Below, one piece after another: positions 32,393 through 41,095 of a stretch of DNA of 64,000 nt. The stretch is from Candidatus Methylomirabilia bacterium (GTDB taxonomy: Bacteria > Methylomirabilota > Methylomirabilia > Rokubacteriales > CSP1-6), in contig JBGQEL010000015.1 of NCBI GenBank assembly GCA_041496385.1, positions 1-64,000 of the forward strand. The letters are read 5' to 3'. The translations under genes and the position numbers were made by a program. Numbering within the stretch: position 1 is the first letter of the stretch; each line of letters starts with the position of its first letter. Below the pieces are notes generated by a model, which saw only the letters and a list, made by a program, of their open reading frames with translations, was not told where the DNA came from and did not search any database.

Positions 32393-34621
32393 CTACGCCT
32401 CCACCGGCGCCGGGGCGCGCGCCACCGGCACCTCGATGATGAACCGGCTGCCGCGCGGCTCGTTGTCCTCGACCCGGATCGTGCCGCCGTGCTCCGTCAC
32501 GATCTCGTGGACGATCGACAGCCCGAGCCCCATCCCCGCCACCTTGGTCGAGAAGTAGGGGAGGAAGAGCCGCTCCTTGTCCTCGGCGCTGATGCCGGGG
32601 CCGGTGTCCGAGACGACGATGCGCGCGTGGCCGGTCTCCGCCACGTACGCGGTCTCGACGACGACCTCGCCCGCGCCGCCGACGGCCGCGACCGCGTTGT
32701 CCACCAGGTTGAGGACCGCTCGCTTGAGGTGGTCGGGGTCCACCTCGAGGAGGGGAAGGGCCGCCGCGTGACGCGTGGACAGCCCGAGGGCGGGATGCGA
32801 CTCGCGGTAGAGCGCCACCACGGCATCCACCAGCGGCCGCACGTCGGTCGGACGGGGCGCCAGCACCGGCATCCGCGCGAAGCGCGAGAACTCGTCGACG
32901 AGCCGCTTGAGGCCGTCCACCTCGTGGATGATCGTCTCGGTGCACTCGTCCACGAGCTGCTGCTCCTCGCTCGTGCTCCCCCTGAGCCGCCGGCGGAGCC
33001 GCTGGGCCGAGAGCTGGATGGGCGTGAGCGGGTTCTTGATCTCGTGGGCGATCCGCTGCGCGACCTCGCGCCACGCCGCGATGCGCTGGGCCTTGAGGAG
33101 CTCGGTCAGGTCGTCGAAGACGACGACCGCGCCCGCGTACTCGCTCTCCGTCCCGCGGAGCGCCGTCGCCGAGGCCAGGAGCGAGCGCGCGGCCCCGCCG
33201 CGGCGCAGGTGCAGCTCCTGCCCGATCACGCCGCCCTTGGCGCGCCGCGCCCGCTGGACGAGCGTCACCACGTCCCGGGCGTCGGGGCCGGCGAAGACCT
33301 CCTCGAGGAGCGCGCCGACCACGGTCGACTCGGCGAGGCCGAACATGCGCGCCGCCGCGCGGTTGATCGTCGTGAGCCGGCCGAGCGGGTCGAACGAGAC
33401 AACGCCGGTCGTGATGGCCTCGAGCACCGTCTCGATGTAGCGCCGGCGGTCCTCGAGCTCCGTGTGCTTGTCCGAAAGATCGAGGTACGCCTCCTCCAGC
33501 CGCCGCTTCGACTCGCCGAGATCGTCGGTCATGCGGTTGAACGACTGGACGAGGACACCGATCTCGTCGTCGGCCCGCGCGTGCACCTTGTACGCGAGAT
33601 TGCCGGCGGCGACCTCGCGCGTCCCCTCGGCGAGCTCGGCGATCGGGCCCGTGATCCCGCGCGCGAGATAGAGACCGAACCAGGTGAACGAGAAGACGAC
33701 GATCAGCGTCATCAGCAGGAACAGCAGGATGTAGATGCCCTTGATCGGGGTCTTCAGGAGCTTGAGCTGCTTGTACTCCTGGAATGCCTGCGAGATGCCC
33801 CGCACGCGCGCCTCGAGCCGCTCGGTCACGTGCGTGGCGACGACGATCACGCCGGCCACCTGCCGCTCGCCGCCGCGGGCCGACCAGACGGGCATCACCG
33901 CCTCGATGAGATCGCCCGAGACGAGCTCGCGGACCGTCGTCACCTCCTGGCCGGCCAGGCCGCGCTTGAGCTGGCTCTCGTTCACGTCCCGGGTCGGCAG
34001 GTCGCCGAGCACGGGGTCCGTCACGTGCGCGAGCTCCTGTCCCTGGTCGTTGAAGACGGTGATCGCGCTGATCCCGAGCCGCTCCTGCTGCTCGACGAGC
34101 AGGGCCGCGAGCGCACCGCGCCGGTCCTCGCCGAGGAGGCCGTCGCGATCGATCACGCGACCGAGGTACTGGGCGTGGCGGAGCGCCGTGCGCTCGAGGT
34201 TGTTGTAGTACGTCTGCGCCACGGCGAGCGCCTGGTCGAGCGGGCGCTCCACCTGGGGCTTGAACCAGCCCTCGATGGACTTGTTGATGAAATTCGAGGC
34301 GATGAGAAAGATCAGAATCGCGGGCGCCAGCGACAGGGCCAGGAACGACAGCACGAGCTTGGCCTTGAAGCGCGCGCCGAGCACGTTCTGCCGCCGCTCG
34401 AACCAGAGCTTGACGAGGTTCCGGAAGAGCAGCACGACGAGCAGGAGCAGGACGATGAGGTTCAGGTTGAGCAGCGCAAAGATCGTGATGTTCGAGGCCA
34501 GCGGGAGGTCCGGCGCGTAGACGCCGATGTCCACGAGATTCGCCGCGCCGACGAGCAGCAGGAACCCGAGGATGATCAGGAGATTGCGCTTGCGGCGGTT
34601 CGCGTCGCTGAGGAGCGGCAC
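32393..34621 (-). CDS. ntrY: NtrY-like sensor kinase (TM, HAMP, PAS, HK)
   Basis: AWREVAQRIAHEIKNPLTPIQLSA, GMGLGL. Confidence 0.9.
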   Translation of the reverse strand: MPLLSDANRRKRNLLIILGFLLLVGAANLVDIGVYAPDLPLASNITIFALLNLNLIVLLLLVVLLFRNLVKLWFERRQNVLGARFKAKLVLSFLALSLAPAILIFLIASNFINKSIEGWFKPQVERPLDQALAVAQTYYNNLERTALRHAQYLGRVIDRDGLLGEDRRGALAALLVEQQERLGISAITVFNDQGQELAHVTDPVLGDLPTRDVNESQLKRGLAGQEVTTVRELVSGDLIEAVMPVWSARGGERQVAGVIVVATHVTERLEARVRGISQAFQEYKQLKLLKTPIKGIYILLFLLMTLIVVFSFTWFGLYLARGITGPIAELAEGTREVAAGNLAYKVHARADDEIGVLVQSFNRMTDDLGESKRRLEEAYLDLSDKHTELEDRRRYIETVLEAITTGVVSFDPLGRLTTINRAAARMFGLAESTVVGALLEEVFAGPDARDVVTLVQRARRAKGGVIGQELHLRRGGAARSLLASATALRGTESEYAGAVVVFDDLTELLKAQRIAAWREVAQRIAHEIKNPLTPIQLSAQRLRRRLRGSTSEEQQLVDECTETIIHEVDGLKRLVDEFSRFARMPVLAPRPTDVRPLVDAVVALYRESHPALGLSTRHAAALPLLEVDPDHLKRAVLNLVDNAVAAVGGAGEVVVETAYVAETGHARIVVSDTGPGISAEDKERLFLPYFSTKVAGMGLGLSIVHEIVTEHGGTIRVEDNEPRGSRFIIEVPVARAPAPVEA

Positions 34622-35187
34622 TATTGCACCCGCTGGATCGTGCGGTAGTCGGACCGCCGCGCGGCCTGCTCCGCCGTGCCGGCCATGCGCGTCAGGAAGG
34701 TGTTCTCGCCGTTCAGCGCCGCCTCGGCGCTGACGCGCACGTAGATGACCGCCGACGCGTCGAGCGCCGTCGCCGGCGTCAGCTTGAGGCCGCGCAGCTC
34801 GGAGAGGATCCGCTGCGCGTCCCAGCGGTCACGCGTGGTGAAGACCGGGCGCTGCTCGCCGCGGAGCACGCTGACCTTGAACTCCTTGGTGACGACGTTG
34901 TAGGCCAGGTTCCGCTCGACCACCTTTGTCACGAGGAGCTGGTCGCGCCAGTAGCGGTTGTACTGCCAGAGCTCGACGGTGAGCCGGACGTGCGCCGGGA
35001 TGCCGCTCTGCACGCCCTCCTGGAGCCCGTCGGGGAGCGCGCCCAGCAGGACGACGTGGACGGTCACCTCATAGTCGTTGAGGAAAACGTCCAGGTCGCT
35101 GATGCGCAGCTCGGCGGACGCGGGCGCCGCGAGGGCCAGCGACAGCGCCGCCGCGACGAGGGAGCTCGCGAGAGACGGAGCACGCAT
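34621..35187 (-). CDS. DUF4390-like exported protein
   Basis: Signal peptide; position upstream of ntrY is typical of DUF4390. Confidence 0.7.
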   Translation of the reverse strand: MRAPSLASSLVAAALSLALAAPASAELRISDLDVFLNDYEVTVHVVLLGALPDGLQEGVQSGIPAHVRLTVELWQYNRYWRDQLLVTKVVERNLAYNVVTKEFKVSVLRGEQRPVFTTRDRWDAQRILSELRGLKLTPATALDASAVIYVRVSAEAALNGENTFLTRMAGTAEQAARRSDYRTIQRVQ

Positions 35188-35234
35188 ACGGCGGAGAAGA
35201 CATTATAGCGTGGCGGTCCGGCGCGGGGCGCCGG

Positions 35235-36155
35235 TTAGATCGCGGCGAGGCCGGGCGCGGGCGCGAACCCGTCGCTCGGCGCGACCGTCTCGCGCCCGCC
35301 CGCGGCGCGGACCGCCGCGCCCGCGGGGCGGCGCTCGAGGCCGAGGGCCCGCTGGACGGCGAGCACGAGCTCGAGGTTGAGCGCGTGCCCGCCGTTCCGC
35401 GCGACCACATGCCCGAGGATCGGGCGGCCGAGCAGCGCTAGGTCGCCGATCAGGTCGAGGACCTTGTGCCGCACGAACTCATCGGGGTAGCGGAGCCCGT
35501 TGAGCGGGCCGCGGTTGCCCACGACGACGGCGTTGTCCAGCGAGCCGCCGCGCGCGAGCCCGTTCTTCCGCATGATCCCCAGGTCCTTCAGGAAGCCGTA
35601 CGTGCGCGCCGGCGCGACCTCGTCCACGAACGAGCGCTCGCCGCCCAGCGCCCAGGCAAGGACCTGGGTCCCCACCGCGGGGTGGTCGTTATCGAGCGTG
35701 TAGCTGACCCGGAAGGTCGTCGAGGGAAAGATGTGCATCCAGCGCGCGCCGCTGCCGACCCGTATCGGATAGGGCAGCGAGAGCGTCCGGCGCCGCGCCG
35801 ACTGCTGGTTGCGCCCGGCGGCGGCGAGCAGCGCGACGAACGGCTTGGCGCTGCCGTCCGCCGCGGGGATCTCGGGACCGTCGACTTCCACCTCGAGATT
35901 GTCGATGCCGAGCCCCGCCGCCGCGGCGAGCAGGTGCTCGACCGTCTGGATGCGGGTGCCGTTCTTCCCGATCGTCGTCGCGTAGTGGGAGTTCACGACG
36001 CTCTCGGGCGCCGCCGCAATCCGGTCGCCGCCCGCCCGGAACACGATGCCCGTGTCCTCGGGCGCGGGAGAGAGGACGATTCGCGTGAGCTTGCCGGAGT
36101 GCAGGCCGACTCCCTCGAGGGCGACCGGCTTTCGGATCGTGTGCTGTCGCATCAC
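35235..36155 (-). CDS. lpxC: UDP-3-O-acyl-N-acetylglucosamine deacetylase
   Basis: GVGLHSG, TVEHLL, DGSA, ARTYGF, HKVLDLIGD, GHALN. Confidence 0.97.
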   Translation of the reverse strand: MMRQHTIRKPVALEGVGLHSGKLTRIVLSPAPEDTGIVFRAGGDRIAAAPESVVNSHYATTIGKNGTRIQTVEHLLAAAAGLGIDNLEVEVDGPEIPAADGSAKPFVALLAAAGRNQQSARRRTLSLPYPIRVGSGARWMHIFPSTTFRVSYTLDNDHPAVGTQVLAWALGGERSFVDEVAPARTYGFLKDLGIMRKNGLARGGSLDNAVVVGNRGPLNGLRYPDEFVRHKVLDLIGDLALLGRPILGHVVARNGGHALNLELVLAVQRALGLERRPAGAAVRAAGGRETVAPSDGFAPAPGLAAI

Positions 36156-36168
36156 CGGGTCGCTTCAC

Positions 36169-36184
36169 AGCAACGCCGGTGCCA
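36169..36184 (-). promoter_or_regulatory. sigma54 -24/-12 promoter upstream of lpxC
   Basis: TGGCAC-CGGCG-TTGCT matches the consensus TGGCAC-N5-TTGCW; an AT-rich IHF-like tract lies upstream. Confidence 0.75.
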
Positions 36185-36326
36185 GTCTTCCGGAAATGTG
36201 CTCAAGATATTGAAATCACAATGAAAATGTTATAGACGTCGGGGCCGCCGCTCGCTGAAAGGTTGCGTCGATGACACGCTGCGAGTCGCCTCATGTCCCA
36301 AATAGGAGACAGGGAGGATCGACAGG

Positions 36327-36746
36327 TCAGACGTCGACGATGAGGCTGACCTCGTGACGACCCCCGCACTCCGTGACGCTCGTCCGATGCATGGTCGCGG
36401 CCTTGACGACCGTGCCCGGATGATGGCGTCGCGGATCGAGGGGTTCGCCGTGAAGGGCGCCGTGGACGAGCGAGTCCGTGCAGGCGAGCACCTCCACGCG
36501 GTGCGCGACGAAGCCCTCGATCTCGTGCACGTAGAGGCACTCGTTGACCCACGCCACGAGCAGCGCCTCGGCCGACTCGCCCTGCGCGCGCACCTCGCGC
36601 GTCTCGCGCGCCTCCACCTCGTCGGGCGCCACGATCAGCGCGAGCACGCCGAGCGCGGCCTGGGCGAAGGCCTCGGCGCGCGTCGCGCCCCACGCGCGCA
36701 CGCCGACGTCGGCCTCCACGTCGAAATGCTCCCACGCGGCCGTCAG
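36327..36746 (-). CDS. archease (probable CTG start)
   Basis: WEHFDVEADVGVRAWG..VKAATMH..IVDV. Confidence 0.85.
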   Translation of the reverse strand: MTAAWEHFDVEADVGVRAWGATRAEAFAQAALGVLALIVAPDEVEARETREVRAQGESAEALLVAWVNECLYVHEIEGFVAHRVEVLACTDSLVHGALHGEPLDPRRHHPGTVVKAATMHRTSVTECGGRHEVSLIVDV

Positions 36747-37519
36747 GCCAGGTCTCCGAATCTCGCCTGGAGGATCGCGAGGACGGCGGGACCGGCCGTC
36801 TCCGTCCTCAGGATGCGCGGTCCGGCGCCGACGACCACCCAGCCGCGCGCCGCGGCGCTCGTGACCTCTGCACGGGAGAACCCGCCCTCGGGCCCGACGA
36901 GGACATGCACGTGCGCCTGGGGAGGGAGGGAGCGGGGCAGGCTCGCGGCGAGTGTCGTTCCGAGCACGCGAGCCTGCCCAGCTCCCTCCCCCCCAGCCAC
37001 CGCGCCCTCCCACAGGCAGAGCCTGAGATCGGCGGGCTCGTCCGCGTCCAGGAAGTCGCCGAGCGGCCGCGGCATGTCGACCGGCGGGATGACGGCCCGG
37101 CCGCACTGCTTCGCCGCCTCCTTCGCGACCCGCTGCCAGCGGCGTGCGCGCTCGCGCCAGCGGCTCGGCTCGAGGGTGACGATCGTGCGCTCGCTGAGGA
37201 CCGGGACGACGCGCGCCACGCCGAGCTCGGTGGCCGCGCGGACGATCAACTCCATCCGCTCGCCCTTCGGGACGGACTGCACGAGCGTCGCCCGCAGCGG
37301 AGACTCGGTGTCGGGCCGCGCGACGCCGAGCACGGTGCCCGTCGCGGTCTCGCCGACCGACTCGAGGCGCACCGTGTAGTCGCGACCGGCGCCGTCCGCG
37401 GCGAGGACGGTGTCGCCCGCGCGGAGGCGCAGCACGCGCGCGATGTGACGCGACTCCTCGCGGTCGAAGACGACGCGCCCGTCGCCGACCCGGTCAGGGT
37501 CGATCGTGAAGCGGCGCAC
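36743..37519 (-). CDS. rsmE: 16S rRNA m3U1498 methyltransferase
   Basis: HIARVLRL, ATELGV, EAAKQCGR, VGPEGG, RILRTETA. Confidence 0.96.
   Translation of the reverse strand: MRRFTIDPDRVGDGRVVFDREESRHIARVLRLRAGDTVLAADGAGRDYTVRLESVGETATGTVLGVARPDTESPLRATLVQSVPKGERMELIVRAATELGVARVVPVLSERTIVTLEPSRWRERARRWQRVAKEAAKQCGRAVIPPVDMPRPLGDFLDADEPADLRLCLWEGAVAGGEGAGQARVLGTTLAASLPRSLPPQAHVHVLVGPEGGFSRAEVTSAAARGWVVVGAGPRILRTETAGPAVLAILQARFGDLA
36917..36996. repeat. intragenic palindromic element, copy 1 (in rsmE)
   Basis: ~30-bp inverted arms (1 bulge, 1 mismatch) around loop GCGAGTGTCGTTCCGAGCA; 17-mer core identical to the copy at 51167-51244. Confidence 0.85.
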
Positions 37520-38408
37520 GGGCCGGCTCGCCGGGCTCCCGCCGGAGCGTGAGGGTGGTCCAGCCCTGAACGCTCGCCGACGCGGCGGACGCGAAGACGG
37601 GGCCGAGCGCGGCCGCGAGGTCCGCGGCCTCGGCGTCGAGGATGCCGCCGAGGACGAGCAGGCCGTCGGGCGCGACGTAGCGCCGGTAGTGGGGCGCCAG
37701 CCGCAGGTGGGCCGCGGTGAGGAGGTTGGCGACCACGAGCGGCACGTGCGACTCCTGCAGGCCGGCGGCGTCGGCCAGCGCACAGCGCACGCGATCGGAG
37801 ACGTGGTTGCGCGCGGCGTTCGCCATGGCGGCCGCGACCGCGTCGGGGTCTTCATCCACCGCGAGGACGACGGGGACGCCGAGCCGCGCCGCCGCGACCG
37901 CGAGGATGCCCGAGCCCGTTCCCAGGTCGAGCAGGCGCGCGGGCGTCTCGCGCGCGATCAGCGCCTCGAGCGCCTCCAGGCACCCGAGCGTGCTGCCGTG
38001 CTGTCCGGTGCCGAAGGCGCGTCCGGGTTCGATCGTGATGACGACGCGCCCGTTAGCGGGGGGCCGGTCCCAGGGCGGCGCGACCAGCAGGTTCTTGCCC
38101 GCTGGAACCGGGCGGAAGTGCGCGCGCCAGGCGTCGGCCCAGTCCTCGTTGACCAGCGCGACCACGGTCGGCTCGCCCGTCGCGGGGAAGCCGAGCTCGG
38201 CGAGGCCGCGCAGATACTCGCGCACGCTCTCCTCGAGCGCGCTCGCGAACAGCGTCTTCGGGAAGAAGGCGCGGAGCCGCGGCGCGCGCCCCTCCGTCTC
38301 CTCCTCGACGACGCCGAGGGCGCCGAGCTCCCAGGCGAAGTTGGTCAGGCCCTCGGAGGCGCCCTCCGGAACCTCGACGCTGAGCTCCCAGTAGCGGGAG
38401 GACGACAT
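37494..38408 (-). CDS. prmA: ribosomal protein L11 methyltransferase
   Basis: EDWADAW, IEPGRAFGTGQH, LDLGTGSGILA. Confidence 0.95.
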   Translation of the reverse strand: MSSSRYWELSVEVPEGASEGLTNFAWELGALGVVEEETEGRAPRLRAFFPKTLFASALEESVREYLRGLAELGFPATGEPTVVALVNEDWADAWRAHFRPVPAGKNLLVAPPWDRPPANGRVVITIEPGRAFGTGQHGSTLGCLEALEALIARETPARLLDLGTGSGILAVAAARLGVPVVLAVDEDPDAVAAAMANAARNHVSDRVRCALADAAGLQESHVPLVVANLLTAAHLRLAPHYRRYVAPDGLLVLGGILDAEAADLAAALGPVFASAASASVQGWTTLTLRREPGEPARAPLHDRP

Positions 38409-38412
38409 CGGC

Positions 38413-39507
38413 TCAGCCCAGCAGCTTCTTCATCCGCTCGAAGAAGGCCGTCGAGAGCGGTCCGCGCGTCTCTTTCGACGCGGCCTCGAACGCGGCGAGC
38501 GCCTCGCGCTGCTTGCCGTTGAGCTTCTGCGGCACCTCGAGGATGAGACGGTAGCAGGCGTCGCCCTGGCCGCGACCGCGGAGATGCGGCAGGCCCTTGC
38601 CCTTGACGCGCAAGACTTGCTGGGGCTGGCTGCCCGCGGCGATCTTGAGCGTGGTCGTTCCGCCGAGCACCGGCACCTCGGCCTCGTGGCCCAGGGCCAG
38701 CTGCGCGAAGCTGAGGGGAAGGTCGCAGTAGATGTCGGCGCCGTCGCGGACGAAGAGGTCGTGCTCGCGGATGCGCACGAGCACGTAGAGGTCGCCGGCC
38801 GGCCCGCCGCTCGCCCCCCCCGAGCCCTCGCCCGAGAGGCGGAGCTGCATACCGTCCTCGATGCCGGCCGGGATCTTCACCGACAGCAGCCGCTCGGCGC
38901 GCTGACGCCCTTCGCCGCGGCACTGATGGCACGGATGCCGGTTCAGCTGGCCGCGGCCCTGGCACTTCGGGCAGGGCTGCGCGATCGTCAGGAAGCCGTG
39001 GCTCCGCCGGATCTCGCCGCGCCCGGCGCACGCGTCGCAGGTCTCGAGGCGCTTGCCGGGCTCCACGCCCGTGCCCGCGCAGACGCCGCACGGCTCGAGG
39101 CGGGGGATCTGGACCTTCGTCTCGACGCCGGCCGCGGCCTCCTCGAGCGTGAGCTTGAGCTCGTACTGGAGGTCCTCGCCGCGCGCCGCGCGTGTGCGCC
39201 GGCCGCGACCCGCGCCCGTGAAGAAGTTCTCGAAGATGTCCTCGAAGAGGCTGCCGAAGCCCGTCTCGCCGAAGCCCGGGCCCGCGTTGGGCGCGGCGGT
39301 GCCGAAGCGGTCGAAGTGGGCGCGCCGGTCGGGGTCGGAGAGGACCGCGTAGGCCTCATTGACCGCCTTGAAGCGCTCCTCCGACTCCTTGTTCCCAAGA
39401 TTGCGGTCGGGGTGGTGCTGCATCGCGAGCTGGCGGTACGCCTTCTTGATCTCGGCGTCGCTGGCGTTGCGCGCGACGCCGAGCACCTGGTAGTAGTCGC
39501 CCGCCAC
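38413..39507 (-). CDS. dnaJ: chaperone DnaJ
   Basis: J domain HPD; four CxxCxGxG repeats. Confidence 0.97.
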   Translation of the reverse strand: MAGDYYQVLGVARNASDAEIKKAYRQLAMQHHPDRNLGNKESEERFKAVNEAYAVLSDPDRRAHFDRFGTAAPNAGPGFGETGFGSLFEDIFENFFTGAGRGRRTRAARGEDLQYELKLTLEEAAAGVETKVQIPRLEPCGVCAGTGVEPGKRLETCDACAGRGEIRRSHGFLTIAQPCPKCQGRGQLNRHPCHQCRGEGRQRAERLLSVKIPAGIEDGMQLRLSGEGSGGASGGPAGDLYVLVRIREHDLFVRDGADIYCDLPLSFAQLALGHEAEVPVLGGTTTLKIAAGSQPQQVLRVKGKGLPHLRGRGQGDACYRLILEVPQKLNGKQREALAAFEAASKETRGPLSTAFFERMKKLLG

Positions 39508-40016
39508 TACGCGGCGTCCTCGTCGGGCGCCGCGGCGACGGCGACCAGCGCGGCCCGCAGCAGGCGGCCGTGGAGGAGGTAACCCGGCAGCTGCTCCCTC
39601 ACGACCGTGTTCGGCGCCGCCTCTGCGCTCACCACGCGCGCGACCGCCTCGTGGCGCGTGGGATCGAAGGGCTGCCCGAGCGCCGAGTAGCGCGTGACGC
39701 CGTGGCGCTCGAGGACGCGCAGGAACTCGCGCTGGACCAGCTCGACGCCGGCCACGACGCTCGCGGCCTCGCCGCGTGCGCGCGCGGACTCGATCGCCCG
39801 GTCGAGGTTGTCCAGGAGGGGGAGGAGGTCGCGGAGCAGGGACTCGTTCGCGTACTTGACGTCGTCCTGGGCCTTCTGCTGCACGCGGCGGCGGACGTTC
39901 TGGGCCTCGGCCAGCTCGCGCAGCAGGCGGTCCTGCTGGCGCCGGAGCTCCTCGAGCTCCGAGGGTGGCGTATCGGGCTCGGGGGGCGGCGCTTCCTGTG
40001 TCTGGGAATCGTCCAT
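39507..40016 (-). CDS. grpE: nucleotide exchange factor GrpE
   Basis: LLPLLDNLDRA, FDPTRHEAV, GY.LHGRLLRAALVAV. Confidence 0.95.
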   Translation of the reverse strand: MDDSQTQEAPPPEPDTPPSELEELRRQQDRLLRELAEAQNVRRRVQQKAQDDVKYANESLLRDLLPLLDNLDRAIESARARGEAASVVAGVELVQREFLRVLERHGVTRYSALGQPFDPTRHEAVARVVSAEAAPNTVVREQLPGYLLHGRLLRAALVAVAAAPDEDAA

Positions 40017-40060
40017 GACGCCTGGATTATAGCAACCGCGCCGGGCCGGGCCCGCGCGCG

Positions 40061-41086
40061 CTAGGAAGGAAGGTAGAGATCCTGGCGCACGCGCGAGAGC
40101 GCGTCGGTCACGTGGCGCGCGGTCTCGTTGACGACCGAGATGACGTCCGGGTACGGCAGGCGGCGGGGTCCGATGACGCCGAGGATGCCGACGACCTGGT
40201 CGCGATAGAGGTAGGTCGAGGTGATCAGCGTGCACTCGCGCATCTCGGCGAACGGATTCTCCTCGCCGATCGTGACGCGCAACCCCTCGTTGGTCGCCAG
40301 CGCCGTCATGAGGTCGGCCAGCCGCTCCTTCTGCTCGAAGGTCCGCAGCAGCTCACGCGTCGTCTCGATGTCCCAGAATTCCGGGTGGTCGAGCATGTTG
40401 ATCGCGCCGCTGACGTAGAGCGTGCGGCCGCGCAGGAGCGTGACGATCTGCTCGGTGACCGCGCGCGCCCGCGTGTGGAGCGCGTCGAGCGGGTCGCTCG
40501 GCGACGACTCCATGTCCACGACCTCCTGCACGGTCCGTCCGCCAAAGCGCCGCGTGAGCTCGCGCCCGATCGCGCGCACCTCGTCGACCGCGAGCGGAGG
40601 CTCGAGCGTCACCGCGCGCGCCGTGACCCAGCCCGCGTCCGTGACGATCACGGCGAGCGCCCGGTCGGCCTCGAGCGGCATCAGCTCGACGCGCGCGAGC
40701 GTCGTGTGCTTGAGCGGGGGCGTCAGCAAGAGCCCCGTGAGCCTCGTGGCCGAGGACAGGTGCGTCGAGGTGCGCTCCATGAAGCCGTCGAGGCCCGAGC
40801 GTCGCGTGGGCATTGTCTCGCTGGGCGTCGCGACCTTCGCGGCGGGCGCGGGCGGGAACGATTCCACGTAGAAGCGGTAGGCCCGGTCGGTCGGGATGCG
40901 GCCGGCGCTCGTGTGCGGCTGGACGAGGTAGCCCATCTCCTCGAGATCGGCCATGGCGTTGCGGATCGTGGCCGGGGAGAGCGTCGGGAAGTAGCGCTTC
41001 GAGAGCACGCGGGAGCCCACCGGCTCGGCCGAGTCGATGTACTCGCGGATGACCGCGACGAGCACGTCGTGATGACGGGCATCCAT
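40061..41086 (-). CDS. hrcA: heat-inducible transcription repressor
   Basis: PVGSR, SPATIRN.MADLE, PHTSAGRIPT, GVIGP. Confidence 0.96.
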   Translation of the reverse strand: MDARHHDVLVAVIREYIDSAEPVGSRVLSKRYFPTLSPATIRNAMADLEEMGYLVQPHTSAGRIPTDRAYRFYVESFPPAPAAKVATPSETMPTRRSGLDGFMERTSTHLSSATRLTGLLLTPPLKHTTLARVELMPLEADRALAVIVTDAGWVTARAVTLEPPLAVDEVRAIGRELTRRFGGRTVQEVVDMESSPSDPLDALHTRARAVTEQIVTLLRGRTLYVSGAINMLDHPEFWDIETTRELLRTFEQKERLADLMTALATNEGLRVTIGEENPFAEMRECTLITSTYLYRDQVVGILGVIGPRRLPYPDVISVVNETARHVTDALSRVRQDLYLPS

Positions 41087-41095
41087 CGCGACGAA

